From contig PDIP01000098.1 in the NCBI GenBank assembly GCA_002811645.1, forward strand, positions 108,917-172,916: DNA of 64,000 nucleotides, written 5' to 3'. The position numbers were made by a program, and so were the translations under genes. Source of the stretch: Corallochytrium limacisporum Hawaii (lineage: Eukaryota; Protista; Pluriformea). A model generated the notes under the pieces. That model saw only the letters and a program-made list of their open reading frames with translations. It was not told the DNA's origin and ran no database searches. This document shows positions 23,822 to 34,906 of this stretch, in pieces (position 1 is the first letter of the stretch; each line of letters opens with the position of its first letter).

Positions 23822-24679
23822 ATGTTTGCACTGCGCAGGTTCGGCAAGAATTCTAGTGCTTTGCAGTTCGTAAGACCACACATTCTACCAGCTCAAATAC
23901 GATTCGCTGGACACTCGAAATGGCACAATATTCAGCACAGGAAGGGCAAGCAGGATGCAATTAAGTCGAAGATCAATGCCAAACATGCCAATTTCATCCG
24001 CATTGCCGCATCCAACAACCCAGATCCGTCCCTCAATGCTAATTTACAGGATGCCATCGGCAGAGCTAAAAGCGAAGGAGTACCAGGGTCCGTGATTGAA
24101 AAAGCCCTGCAGTCGGCAAGTAAGGAACAGACGGCAGGAGCAGGCAATTATCAGAACTTCGTGCTCGAAGCCAGGGGACCGGGCGGGATGACGTGCATGA
24201 TTGAATGTCTGAGCGACAATCGAAAGCGTGCCCTACAAAATATAGCCACAGTCTTTGGAAAGTTTCAAGGAACGGTTGGATCTGGCACCGCTGCATACAA
24301 TTTCCAGCACTGCGGCGTGATTCGCATGGAGTGCGGACTGCAGGGATCGGACCCCACGTTTGATCGAATCTTTGAGGTCGCAGTGGAAGCCGGTGCTGAG
24401 GATGTTGTGGTCGAGGATGACGGAATTCCAGTGGAAGGTGAGATTTTGAAGGAGGAATTGCCGGTCGTGTGCAGGATTCAATGCGAACGCACATCTCTGC
24501 GGGAGATCGCTAGGATCGTTGAGAATGCACTCGGCAAGGAACCTAAGAGCGTTGCCATGGAGTACCTACCCTTAGATCTGGTTGAGGTCAACGAGGCGGA
24601 TGTGGAGCGAATTGGCAAGCTCATGGATATGCTAGATGATGACCTGGACACGGCCAAGGTGCATCATAATCTCGCATGA
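23822..24679 (+). CDS. TACO1: TACO1/YebC-family mitochondrial protein
   Basis: Presequence followed by AGHSKWHNIQHRK, EARGPGG, IECLSDNRKR, EAGAEDV and VHHNL. ATG at 23822. Confidence 0.92.
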   Translation: MFALRRFGKNSSALQFVRPHILPAQIRFAGHSKWHNIQHRKGKQDAIKSKINAKHANFIRIAASNNPDPSLNANLQDAIGRAKSEGVPGSVIEKALQSASKEQTAGAGNYQNFVLEARGPGGMTCMIECLSDNRKRALQNIATVFGKFQGTVGSGTAAYNFQHCGVIRMECGLQGSDPTFDRIFEVAVEAGAEDVVVEDDGIPVEGEILKEELPVVCRIQCERTSLREIARIVENALGKEPKSVAMEYLPLDLVEVNEADVERIGKLMDMLDDDLDTAKVHHNLA

Positions 24680-24776
24680 TGATGACCAGAGACACGGGCT
24701 CTACACTGCAGACGTTGCATTGGTTTATCATTGTGGATATACACATAGAGAAAGATGTATTGTAACTATTGATTAT

Positions 24777-26873
24777 TTAGGGCTTACACCACGGCGTGGA
24801 CTTGGTCTTGCAATGAATTTTCACATCAATCTGGTGATACTTGACACCCTCAGACTCCAGCTCATGTTCCTTCACCAGGGTGTACTCCAGGCTGCGGTAG
24901 CCTGAGTTGGACTTGCCCTTGGCACTACGTGCCTTTGCCTTACCCACGTCTCTACTTCTGTCCTTGGGATGGATGCTGAACCAGGATGGCTGGCCATGGA
25001 ACTTATCCGGGTCGCCTATGTTTGGAGTCATAAATCCAATACGTTTGTTGACGAAGCGATTGCGAAACTCGTCGTCTTCACCGCCCCAACCCCAGAAGAA
25101 GTTTGAGAATCCGTTGACAGCTTCGAAGTCCTTAACGCTCATCAGATGAACACCGCCAAAGTACCGCACGTAGGTCATACGAGTGTACAATTGGGCAGGA
25201 GTCATGTGAACGGTCTCTCCTGGATAAGAGAAATCCAACAGTGGGTCCTTGGGCAGTGTGTCAACATCGTTTAACAGAACGTAGTCGCAGCCTAGTTTAT
25301 CAGCATGCTTCACGCCTGCATTTAGCACACTCCCACGATTGAAGCGATACTTATCAACCTGATTGACAACTAGGAACGTATGCGGTACTTTGGCCTTATT
25401 CATCATCCATTCGCTCATGTATGGCAGGAACTGGTCAAGTTCCTTTTGTGCTTTGCGGAAAGGCACAATGATGCACAGGTGGTGCGGCCGCGACTCTTCA
25501 ACCGCAGTATGTTTCCGTCCAGCGGAACCCTCCTCGAGTTTCACGAGACCGCGTTCGCGTGCTCTCCTGCTTGCAGAGACGAAGTTTCCGGAGGCTTTTA
25601 CCATGGGGATCAGCGGAGGCAGGTTTGGGACACGCTCATATCCTACTTTGACAGCCAGGGTGTTCTTGATCAGATCTAGTGTTTGTTGCAAGTTTTCCCA
25701 CTCCCGACTTTCATCACTTAAACAGTGACCAATGGCGTCTGGCCAGATATCAGGTGTCTTCTGGTACCCGAGCCAGGTCAGCATGGTGGCCACAAGATAT
25801 TTCCCTTGATTCAGCAATTCCGGATTGTCGGTGTACTGCTCCAGATGGTGGAAGTACCCATTGAATGCCGTAACTGTAATGCTGTGGAGAAGATCTTGGT
25901 GAAAGAGCGTGACTCCGGTACCCACGAACACGCCATAGTCATTCATTTTCAGCTCCGGATGACCCGCTGGGTAAGGACCTTGCCCTCCCGATCCATCAGC
26001 ATTGATCTCGTCTTCAATTTGGTTGAGCGGCACTATCCATGCCTTGGAGCCCATGACCTGCAATCGATCAGTACTGGCCCAAGCATCGTACATGGTGTTA
26101 ACACCCGAAATGTTGATGTCCGGATGGTCGATGAAGAGGAGTCCCTCCTCAAGGTTTTCCAACGCAAGTTTGTGGAAGATATACGGCAGATACTCTTGAT
26201 CCAGTTCGATGATCACCGGGTTCCATTCTGAAGGTATTAAGGCTGCGATACGCCAGTGTGGAGGCCTGTAGGACAAACTATTGTTCCAAATAATATAAAT
26301 ATTCTTGATGCACTTAATCTTTTGCACCCGATGCAGGAGATGGAACAAACCGTGCGGTTGGGCGGACATGTCCAAGACCAAGGTGAGCCTTACCGGACAG
26401 TCTTCCACATTTTTGACTTCCTCTTCGCTGCTGATGGGGACCAAAGAATGATGTATGTAACCGCCCAGCGTGTCAGGGAGCCCAATGGAGCTGCATTCGA
26501 TAATCCGATGTGGGTCACCATTCTCACCATCCACAGCACCCCACTCTGGTTCAGCATGGTCCGAGGGCAATCTCAGACGGAGATATTTATCAGCGTCATA
26601 CGTTTCAATGTTCGCTGCGCTTGCTTCTGAGTGCGGCACTGTATACTCCACATTGTTACCTTTGCGAAGAGTGTCCCATTCTTTGGGACTTACCCCGTAC
26701 TGACGTACCTTTCCGGGGACTGATCTTGTCGGATCTTCAAAGATAAATCGATACCAGGTGTACCTCGGAGCATATTCTGCTGTGTTGATAACATATCGTG
26801 TGATCCCATACACTGCCAGGCACAGCAATGCAGCTGCAACGATAACCTTTCCTGGCCTTCTACTGAGCCGCAT
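24777..26873 (-). CDS. Type II membrane glycosyltransferase: EXT/GT64-like domain fused to a B4GALT7-like GT7 domain
   Basis: N-terminal signal anchor. C-terminal HHLCIIVPFR, NQVDKYRFNRG, NDVDTLP, YFGG, FWGWGGEDDEF and CKTKSTPWC match B4GALT7. Middle region LTLVL...IKNIYIIWNN...EGLLFID...YDAW...VMG...GVTLFH resembles GT64. Confidence 0.8.
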   Translation of the reverse strand: MRLSRRPGKVIVAAALLCLAVYGITRYVINTAEYAPRYTWYRFIFEDPTRSVPGKVRQYGVSPKEWDTLRKGNNVEYTVPHSEASAANIETYDADKYLRLRLPSDHAEPEWGAVDGENGDPHRIIECSSIGLPDTLGGYIHHSLVPISSEEEVKNVEDCPVRLTLVLDMSAQPHGLFHLLHRVQKIKCIKNIYIIWNNSLSYRPPHWRIAALIPSEWNPVIIELDQEYLPYIFHKLALENLEEGLLFIDHPDINISGVNTMYDAWASTDRLQVMGSKAWIVPLNQIEDEINADGSGGQGPYPAGHPELKMNDYGVFVGTGVTLFHQDLLHSITVTAFNGYFHHLEQYTDNPELLNQGKYLVATMLTWLGYQKTPDIWPDAIGHCLSDESREWENLQQTLDLIKNTLAVKVGYERVPNLPPLIPMVKASGNFVSASRRARERGLVKLEEGSAGRKHTAVEESRPHHLCIIVPFRKAQKELDQFLPYMSEWMMNKAKVPHTFLVVNQVDKYRFNRGSVLNAGVKHADKLGCDYVLLNDVDTLPKDPLLDFSYPGETVHMTPAQLYTRMTYVRYFGGVHLMSVKDFEAVNGFSNFFWGWGGEDDEFRNRFVNKRIGFMTPNIGDPDKFHGQPSWFSIHPKDRSRDVGKAKARSAKGKSNSGYRSLEYTLVKEHELESEGVKYHQIDVKIHCKTKSTPWCKP

Positions 26874-27497
26874 GATCGACCACTGTTGGTAACAAGCACA
26901 CAAGACCCGCTTACGACATGACCAACTCTACCTGTACTTTCAATTCCCGTGAAAAGAAGTCTGCTTAATCTTTCAAACAAAAAATGGCCCATAGGCATCA
27001 ACATGGCGATTGATTCCCTCAAACCAAGGCGTCCTTATGTCCCCACGTCATGATCCCCCTGAAATAGCACCGCTCACCCACCGTCAACCCCCCAACCCCC
27101 AACCCCTTTGCAATAGATCTTGGGTGAATTATTACTCCATGTCCAACCCTCCCCTGACCTCCTCCTTGCCCCCCCCCCTCGCCAGGGCAGCCCACCCGTC
27201 CTCTCGAAACTCCAGGACGGGGGAGCCCCGCAGGGATCGGGTCACCAACTTTTTTTTTTCCCCTGAACCCAGGGCAAAAAGACCCAGCAATTTACCGCCG
27301 ATTCCGCCACACTTCTCTCTCTCTCTCTCGACCAACCGCAACCCTCTCCCCTGCCCTTCTCTAATTTCACCAATTCATAATATATGCTCACTTGAACAAC
27401 AACCGCACGCGGTCAACCAGAACGACCACCAACCACCACGGGGAGCCGGGAAGTGAGAAAAGGCCTGAGGGAGAGAGAAGAGAGAGCGAGAGAGAAG

Positions 27498-27528
<31 letters not shown>

Positions 27529-28460
27529 GGTGAGAGAGGGTGATGAGGACGGGAAAGCCCCGAGGGGAGCCCCAACGCCCCGGGGACCCAATCAGAAAAG
27601 AAAGAAAGGCAATTAAAGCGTTGATTTCATTTGTATACCAAGGCCCCGGGTGGGGAGGGGGGTGAGGACGAGGGAGATGGTTGGCTCCGGTGGGGTGTCC
27701 ATACCCCCGAACAACACTTCCTAGCCCTGCGCACCAACTCTTACCGATTTTCTTCTAATCCACCATCGTCATAACTCCATGCCGGCCGCGGGTTTGCTGT
27801 GTGATCAAAAGCACTAGTTCTCCTTCGTCCGGCGGCGCGCTGGTTTATGGCGGTAGACCACAAGAACCCCTCAGGCTTCCTGTACGTATTCCCACCGGAC
27901 CACCGGCTCTCGCGTTGCTGCGTGTTCTCCTGGTGGTGGTGGTGTTGCTTGTCTATGTGCTCTTCATTATCGGGTTCGTTTCGTCGCTTTCGTCCCTTTT
28001 TTCCCCCTCTCCGTGTGCCGGTGCTTGCCCGTCTTTTTCATTTTTTTCTTCTTCTCCCGAGGTGGCCCCCCCCCGGGGGGGCAGGGAAGGGTGTGTGTGT
28101 GTTTCTTTCGCGGAAGCTTTTCGAATTGGTTCGCTCATCAGTCAAAATCAAGACTTCCCGTGGCAGGCGTAGACTGTGGTATGCCGGCCCCCCCCCCCCC
28201 CCGGGGGGGGGAAAAAGGGGGAGTAGGGGGGGGGGGGGGGNNNNNNNNNNNNNNNNNNNNNNNNNNNNNNNNNNNNNNNNNNNNNNNNNNNNNNNNNNNN
28301 NNNNNNNNNNNNNNNNNCCCCCGCGCGGAGAGAGAAAAAGGGGGGTTAAGGGGGGGGGGGGCTGGAAGATTTCCAGGAGAGATACGGGTGCGCAGGACGG
28401 GGACATCGGGGCGGGCAAGAGAGTGATGGTGCAATCGGGCAAAACGCATTCGTTTATTCT

Positions 28461-30497
28461 TTATAGATCAATGGCAAACATGCCTGCAGCTGCCTTCCAG
28501 CCTATGGCATGGACATATTCCTTGAAGTCCTCATGGAGAGAATCCCGGACTGCATCCGAAATGCGGATGACAGTGGAAAGCTCACCAAAGCTGATGATGG
28601 GTCCGCGCCTCAGGCTGACCAGCATATGGTCCAGGTATCGTACCGCCAGCGCATGTGCCGCTTCGAGATGCTGATCAGTGTTGTCCGGGTCTGCAAAGCA
28701 ACAGAAAGTGTACTTGTCCAATAGCGGTTTCACTTTTTCATACATGACCCATTGGTATGTGACAGGACACAGCAGCTGGCTCGGCTCAAACAGGCCCTTG
28801 TAGCGCATCTTGGGGCAGCGGTGAATGTAATATCCCATTTGGTAGTACTGCAGCGACGGCACCTTCGCATTCAATTCTTTGACATGCTCAATTTCCATTA
28901 TGGCAGTTAGTACACCAGGGGACAGGAATGAGTAGCGAGGGTCGTAGTAGAGGTAAACCGAGCTCAAGCATTCGGGCAGCAGATCCCATACCCCCACTGC
29001 CATGATCTCGCCATCCACGCGGTAGATACGGTGGAATGTACCGTAGCGCACGGCACCGCCGTGGCAAGCATTGACGTACGCCAACGGCGAGTGCACAAGA
29101 AATTTGGTGTACTGTGTTGTTGACAGATGATGGTCTGAGTCACCGTGGACGTGCCTTTGATAAGCACAGTACACTTTGTATGACTCCTGGTTAAAAGTGG
29201 CGGGTACTGTCTCGCAGCTGAAGGTGTGCTTGCGGGCAAAGTCAACTACCGGCCGGTCCAGGTCGCTGAACTGACTGTTGGCGTCCTGGAAAGCATCGCT
29301 GGTCTGGCTATCTACATCAGAACCCTGCGAATATACATGGGACGTAGACAGCCCTTCACTGGTAGACTGACTGATGGAGGATCCCGTCCTGCTGCCACGC
29401 TCCTCGGTCCCATTGATTCCTTGGGATCGGACCGGCAGTGGCTGTGCGCTAGAAGGATCCATGGAGATCATGTTCAGCGAAGCCGGGCCTGTGCCGTTCA
29501 ATTCCATGTCCTCGCCCAGGCTCTGCAGCTCCGGAGATATTCCCCGTTTGTTTACTTTCCCATTGGAGACCGCCTTGGACGACGTCTTCAACTCATTTTC
29601 CAATTCCAGAATCTTGTCTTTCGCGGCGGCCATTTGATTCTTCAAATCTGCTTCCTTACCCAAGCACTCCATTAACTCATCGGAGGTGAAATTGATCATG
29701 CCATTCGGGGCAAAACTGGCGTGTTGAATGCCGATTCGGGCTAGGCTATGATCAGAGTTCAGTGCCTTTGCCAAGTATGCTGCTGCCGCTCCCGGGTTCT
29801 TCGGTGCGTCTCCATTGAGCTCGAGGCTGGCGGGTCCCTTTTTGTTGATCCGTGCCACAATAATGCCGGCATTACTGAAGCATGGCCCAAAACTTTCGGC
29901 CTTCTTTCCCTGGTTCGCCCGCACAACAATGCTGTCGCAGAGGGTCGGACTATTATCACCCGGAGTACCAATCTGTTCAATAATTAATGTTCGCAACTTT
30001 TCGAAAACTTTCTGCATATTACTTTTCAGGCTTGCAGATTGGGTTGCCAGTGTTTGCAAACGTTGCTTCTCTTCAGTCAGTTTCGATTGCACGGCCTCAT
30101 TGGAACAGTTGCTCATTACATCATAGCCACTATCGTCCTCTCGGAGACCCGCTTCTGTTGGTTTCAATTCACCAGCGAGGAACTTCCGGAAGCGGCTCAA
30201 GATCTTTCTATGACTTCTGCGTGGTTTGTAGTCCTTGGCAAGTAGACGGATCGAATACTGAGGGCAGCACGCGATCATATTGCATGGTTGGTAGAACAGA
30301 TTTCCACTGCGTCTCCATCCACGGTTACTCAGGACCTGGTAATGCTCGGGGGAGCAGGTCTCAATGCGGGCTCTGAAGGCCCACCGACCTTCTCCGTCTC
30401 CACTGCAATAATTGCAATGCGTTCCAGCGGTTCCATAAACCGTCACCCGTGCTATTGAGGGTGGGTCCCCATTATTGATGTCGTCTGCGGCCGTCAT
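28461..30497 (-). CDS. ATE1: Arginyl-tRNA--protein transferase (N-degron pathway)
   Basis: HCNYC, GWRRSG, CCPQY; C-terminal YQRHVH, DLLPECLSSVYLYYDP and YYQMGYYIHRCPKMRYK. Confidence 0.95.
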   Translation of the reverse strand: MTAADDINNGDPPSIARVTVYGTAGTHCNYCSGDGEGRWAFRARIETCSPEHYQVLSNRGWRRSGNLFYQPCNMIACCPQYSIRLLAKDYKPRRSHRKILSRFRKFLAGELKPTEAGLREDDSGYDVMSNCSNEAVQSKLTEEKQRLQTLATQSASLKSNMQKVFEKLRTLIIEQIGTPGDNSPTLCDSIVVRANQGKKAESFGPCFSNAGIIVARINKKGPASLELNGDAPKNPGAAAAYLAKALNSDHSLARIGIQHASFAPNGMINFTSDELMECLGKEADLKNQMAAAKDKILELENELKTSSKAVSNGKVNKRGISPELQSLGEDMELNGTGPASLNMISMDPSSAQPLPVRSQGINGTEERGSRTGSSISQSTSEGLSTSHVYSQGSDVDSQTSDAFQDANSQFSDLDRPVVDFARKHTFSCETVPATFNQESYKVYCAYQRHVHGDSDHHLSTTQYTKFLVHSPLAYVNACHGGAVRYGTFHRIYRVDGEIMAVGVWDLLPECLSSVYLYYDPRYSFLSPGVLTAIMEIEHVKELNAKVPSLQYYQMGYYIHRCPKMRYKGLFEPSQLLCPVTYQWVMYEKVKPLLDKYTFCCFADPDNTDQHLEAAHALAVRYLDHMLVSLRRGPIISFGELSTVIRISDAVRDSLHEDFKEYVHAIGWKAAAGMFAIDL

Positions 30498-32266
30498 GGT
30501 CTAGCTTCCGGTCGCAACACCTCGAACTATTTATTCTTTAAAGTGCAATAGAGTTTTCAACGCAGATAGATCATTGTGTTCACTACGCACTCCATTTCAG
30601 GTAGACTATGGCCAGTTCTACTATTTGCTGAGTCGCTCCACACGACTATAAAACAGACAGTCCTTAACCATCGGTGGCAGGGTCGTTGAAGTACGTTACT
30701 TTCCGTTCCTCGGCGGTTTCTGTCCGCCATTGGACCCCACAGTATCACAAACCCCAAAGGCAGACACAAGCAATTGCCACCGGTGGCGTCAAATCTTCAT
30801 AGCCACCGTGCAACCAAGGACTGTGGAATGCCCAGCTACGGGTTACCATTGTCGTCCTGCAGAGTTTACGGGCTTCAGACATCGAGAAGAGAGATCCGCT
30901 GCGACGCACAGGGTTTTTCAAATTCGTTGCGCGCTGCTGCCAAATCCCTCGCAAGCTTTTTTTCTTTTTTTGCTTCCTTCTTTTATGGCCCCGAACAAAA
31001 CCTCGCCCACTCCTCCGGCCCGGGGGGGGGTCCTTCCTCCCCCCCCCTCCCCCCCTTGGGGCCTTTCTCCGTCCGTCGTTTCTCCGTTTCACAAAATTAG
31101 AAGTTTCTCTCTGTGCGTGCCTGTCTTGGGGCTCGGTTGGTGGGGTTGTCCCGGTGGGTCGTCCTCTTTCGTGCGGTTTGCCAGCGCGCCATGACGGTGT
31201 CACCACCGTTGTTGAACCCACCACCTCCGTTGCTGAACGGCACTTTTCAGGAGGAACACGGACGCGAGGCGGAAACGACGAAAAGAAATGACCAATATCA
31301 GCGAGCGATAAGAAGAACCGAAAACGAAAAACTCCACGGAAGGTGATGATAAAGGGACAGGTTGCGCCGCCCCGTGGACAGCCGAGACACCTGTGTAAGC
31401 TGAGATGAGGGCGGCATAATGTCAGGCCGGCAAAGAAATAGTTGTCCCTGTGCGGCAGATGAAACCCAGAGAGGGAGACAGAGAGAACCACAAGAAGGGT
31501 GCCGTTCCGAGGATCGCCATCGGTCACTCTTCGTCTCTTGCACCTTGCCTTCACTACACACACACACTCACACCCTTCCGTGTTTCCCAATCGAACACAA
31601 AAAATGGGTCGTAACCCACCACCACCACAACCAACCATGGAGAAAGTCCGAAAGAATAAAATACCTTGAAAAAACGAAGAAAACGTCGCGCTGCCAATCT
31701 GGTGTGTCTCCTGGTCATCCCGAAAGGAACCACCCTGCGCAATCGTTGTACATACCACACGTACTCCGGGGAAAAAAGATTCCGCGTTCTTCACGCATTC
31801 CATTCGGTATTGAATGAATGAACTTAGATTCACATGGGGTACGGCAAGGTAGCGTCTGTCCCGTCCGGGCTCGTTTCCCGGTGCGGTGCTATCCATCGGA
31901 GTTCTCCACCACCGACCGACCAAGATCGACGTGACCACACACATCCAGTGCCGTCATGGGCAGACAGACACCGGTTCCAACCGGCCTGGTCTGCCAGTGG
32001 TCTGTCCATTCGTGACGGCAACGCGGAACGATAGAAAGAGAACGAAAAAGAAAAGAAGAGAAAGAATTCTTAAGACATGGGCCCAGTTGGGGGAGGGGAG
32101 GGGGTGGGGTGCTGGGTGGGCTGGAGAGGTTTTTCTCCACCAACGAACGGGCAAGAGCGCCTCGCAAGACACAGCCAGGACCACGCTTTTCAAGAACCGA
32201 CCCTTCTGTCCTTCACTACGAAAGTAACTCCGAGACGCTCCGGAGAGGAGGAGGAGGGAGGGGGAG

Positions 32267-32300
<34 letters not shown>

Positions 32301-33495
32301 AAGGCCAGGGCCAGAAGAGAAAAAGAAAAAAAAATGGAAACCCAAGAACCAAGGAGAAAAAAGGGGGGGGGGTTCACAGCGACGGACGGGATTTTTTTTT
32401 TGCTCTCAGTGTCTCTCTCTCTTTCTTCTTTTTTTTTTCTTTGCTCTAATTTCCTTTTTAACCTTTCGTAAATTCTTTCCCGGTTTTGCGGGTGTCCGGA
32501 GCAGCGGTGATTCCGGGAAAAGCACTGCTTCCCTCTGCGTGCCATTCCCTTTTCGGCGCCCGCTGATCAAAATCTTTTTCTCTCTCCTTTTTTTTTTCAT
32601 TGGTTTGGGGGGGGGGGGNNNNNNNNNNNNNNNNNNNNNNNNNNNNNNNNNNNNNNNNNNNNNNNCTCTCTCCTTTTTTTTTTCATTGGTTTGGGGGGGG
32701 TGGGGGCGCGGCAAGCCTTTGCGTTCCTGGGTCGAGGCGCGTGTGTGTGTGTGTGCTACACCGGGCTCACATTTTCTTCCTTGACACCCGACCGGGTAAC
32801 GAACGCTTGAGGAGGTGGTGGCTGCCCCTGATGGTTCCCAGCGCGCGCAGAGGATCCTTGTGTCACTTTCGTAGATGTAAAAATGCCATACATTCACTAT
32901 TCACTCCACCGCTCCGTAGTCACGCAAAGAAGCCAAAGGAGGAGGAGAGGTGGGGTGGAGGTTACCGAAACCGGGCAAAACCCGGTGTAGCCTTTCGTGC
33001 AGGAAAGGGTACCAAAGGGCCTAAACTGGGCACTCCTTCACCCCTCCCCCCCCCTCTCCTCTTCCCTTCCCCTGGGGTGGGGTGAGGGGTGGTGCAAAAC
33101 TTAGCGTCAGGAACCCAAACTGGAGAATACCGGATGTGAGTGGTGGTGGTGGATGTTCGCTAGTTTCAAAACTAGCGGGGCGACGCGCAGGCATAATTGA
33201 AGCTGAGCAAAGCGCCGATGGACAGGAAAAGCAGGAAAAGGGGGGAGCCCAATTTTTTGGTGAAAAGAAACCAGGCTTAGAATGGGGGCCTATTTATTAG
33301 CATGGAGGAGAGATGCACGGAGGAGGTTAGGGGCAAGTGGGGAAGGGGCTTTTTGGTTGAGCAAGCCAGTTGTCTCAGATGGTTGTAGGAGGGTACATAG
33401 ATGAGTAAACTAGGTATGGTACACCAAAAAGTTGGAAGGCTCGCGGGATCGGCCAGGAGTGGAGCCAGACGACAGCCAGCGCTGGCGGTGCTGAC

Positions 33496-34821
33496 ATGGA
33501 ACCGGCGCGGTGCCCTCACTGCAAAGTTGATATTGCCATAGAAAACGTAGCAGAGCACACTACGTTTCATGAGACAGTGAACAAACTGCACATCTGTCAG
33601 AAATGTGATGCACAATTGCCAACCGCGATCGACTTAGCTCAGCACGTTGCCCTGCATTTGGAAGCTGAGGAGCAGGAGACCAAGAGAAGTCCTAGCGGCA
33701 AGTTCAAGACCCATGAACCAGACTCTTTGAACCGTAGAAGAATTGGATACTCTGCCCAAGCTTTGAAATACTTGGATCGAGCACTCTTCCAGAAACACAT
33801 CACTGAAGAACAACACAGAAAAATACGCGCGAAGGTCAAGCGCGGAACAGCCGATCTTTACGACCTCATTCCGCAAGGAAAGCAGAAGAAACGAAGCAAA
33901 AAAGAAAGCAAAACCCAGTACAACCAAGCAATTTTGGTGCTTGGAAGCAACAGTCTCAGCATGGGAAAGCCCATTGAGACACTTACCACAGAGCCGCTGC
34001 TCAAAATGGAATATTATCGGATGGTTCAACACCCATTGGAGTTCCGCCTCACCGATGCGGGGGATCGAAATTGGGGCTGTGGCTACCGTAATGCACAGGT
34101 GCTCATGGACTATGCACGCAAGCGCTACCCAGACTACTATCGCCGGTGCCTGCTGGCTGATCGGGTACAGGTGGAGGGGAAGGAGGATCTCAACCCGGAT
34201 GCAGTGCCATCGGTAGTGATGATCCAGCGACTTATTGAATGGGCATGGCAATGTGGCTTTGACAAAGAAGGTGCAGAGCAGCTAGGATGGCGCCTGCAGA
34301 ACACCAGCACTTGGATTGGTCCTACGGAAGTGTGGGCCATGATGACATGTCTCGGCTTCAGGGTGCAACTCTTGGATGTGCCCTATTGTCCGTCGAGCTT
34401 CTCTCCGGACATGGACGAAATTCTGTCCCCAAGGTTCTTATTTTCTGGTCTCCACAATACCTTTGAGGATCCACGTCCATTCTTTCGGGTGATTATGGAC
34501 CCGAACGACGTCAGCCCCGTATTTCTTCAGTGGAATGGGCACAGTGTCACCGTACTGGGTTTGCGTTGGACTTTGCCGCATGAGCGGGACAATGGCAATC
34601 TGGAGCTTATCGTCAATGATCCCAAACTGACATGGGACCGTGTCCAACAGGGTCTGGCCAGCCCAGAGAATTTACCATGGTTGACCATTGCGGATCACGA
34701 GTTAAGGGAACCGGAGTACTCTATGTTGGAGATCCTCGGCCCCAGGGAGGACCATGATTTGGACCCGGAACGGTGGCCCAAGTTCCCCACGTCCATTCGA
34801 ATCGAAGTGGAGGAATCGTAG
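33496..34821 (+). CDS. ZUP1: ZUP1/ZUFSP (Mug105-like) C78 ubiquitin peptidase with zinc fingers
   Basis: Two N-terminal CxxC..H..H fingers; DRNWGCGYRNAQ (catalytic Cys), IEWAWQCGFD, WIGPTEV, QWNGHS and NDP. Confidence 0.85.
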   Translation: MEPARCPHCKVDIAIENVAEHTTFHETVNKLHICQKCDAQLPTAIDLAQHVALHLEAEEQETKRSPSGKFKTHEPDSLNRRRIGYSAQALKYLDRALFQKHITEEQHRKIRAKVKRGTADLYDLIPQGKQKKRSKKESKTQYNQAILVLGSNSLSMGKPIETLTTEPLLKMEYYRMVQHPLEFRLTDAGDRNWGCGYRNAQVLMDYARKRYPDYYRRCLLADRVQVEGKEDLNPDAVPSVVMIQRLIEWAWQCGFDKEGAEQLGWRLQNTSTWIGPTEVWAMMTCLGFRVQLLDVPYCPSSFSPDMDEILSPRFLFSGLHNTFEDPRPFFRVIMDPNDVSPVFLQWNGHSVTVLGLRWTLPHERDNGNLELIVNDPKLTWDRVQQGLASPENLPWLTIADHELREPEYSMLEILGPREDHDLDPERWPKFPTSIRIEVEES

Positions 34822-34906
34822 CATTTCGGTTTCATTACATATGGATTACATTCATTGTAGTGGTGTATTTCAGCTGGTGGCGGCAGTTCCTTTTGTTTTC
34901 TACCTC

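Noticed and set aside
30745-31944. 399-aa minus-strand ORF
   Set aside because: Non-ATG start, runs through poly-T, GT and G-rich low-complexity DNA, and has no recognisable motif. Probably spurious.
32581-32700. Direct repeat CTCTCCTTTTTTTTTTCATTGGTTTGGGG on both sides of the 47-N gap
   Set aside because: Most likely an unmerged contig overlap rather than a real duplication or TSD. Similar duplicated flanks appear at the 28241-28317 gap.
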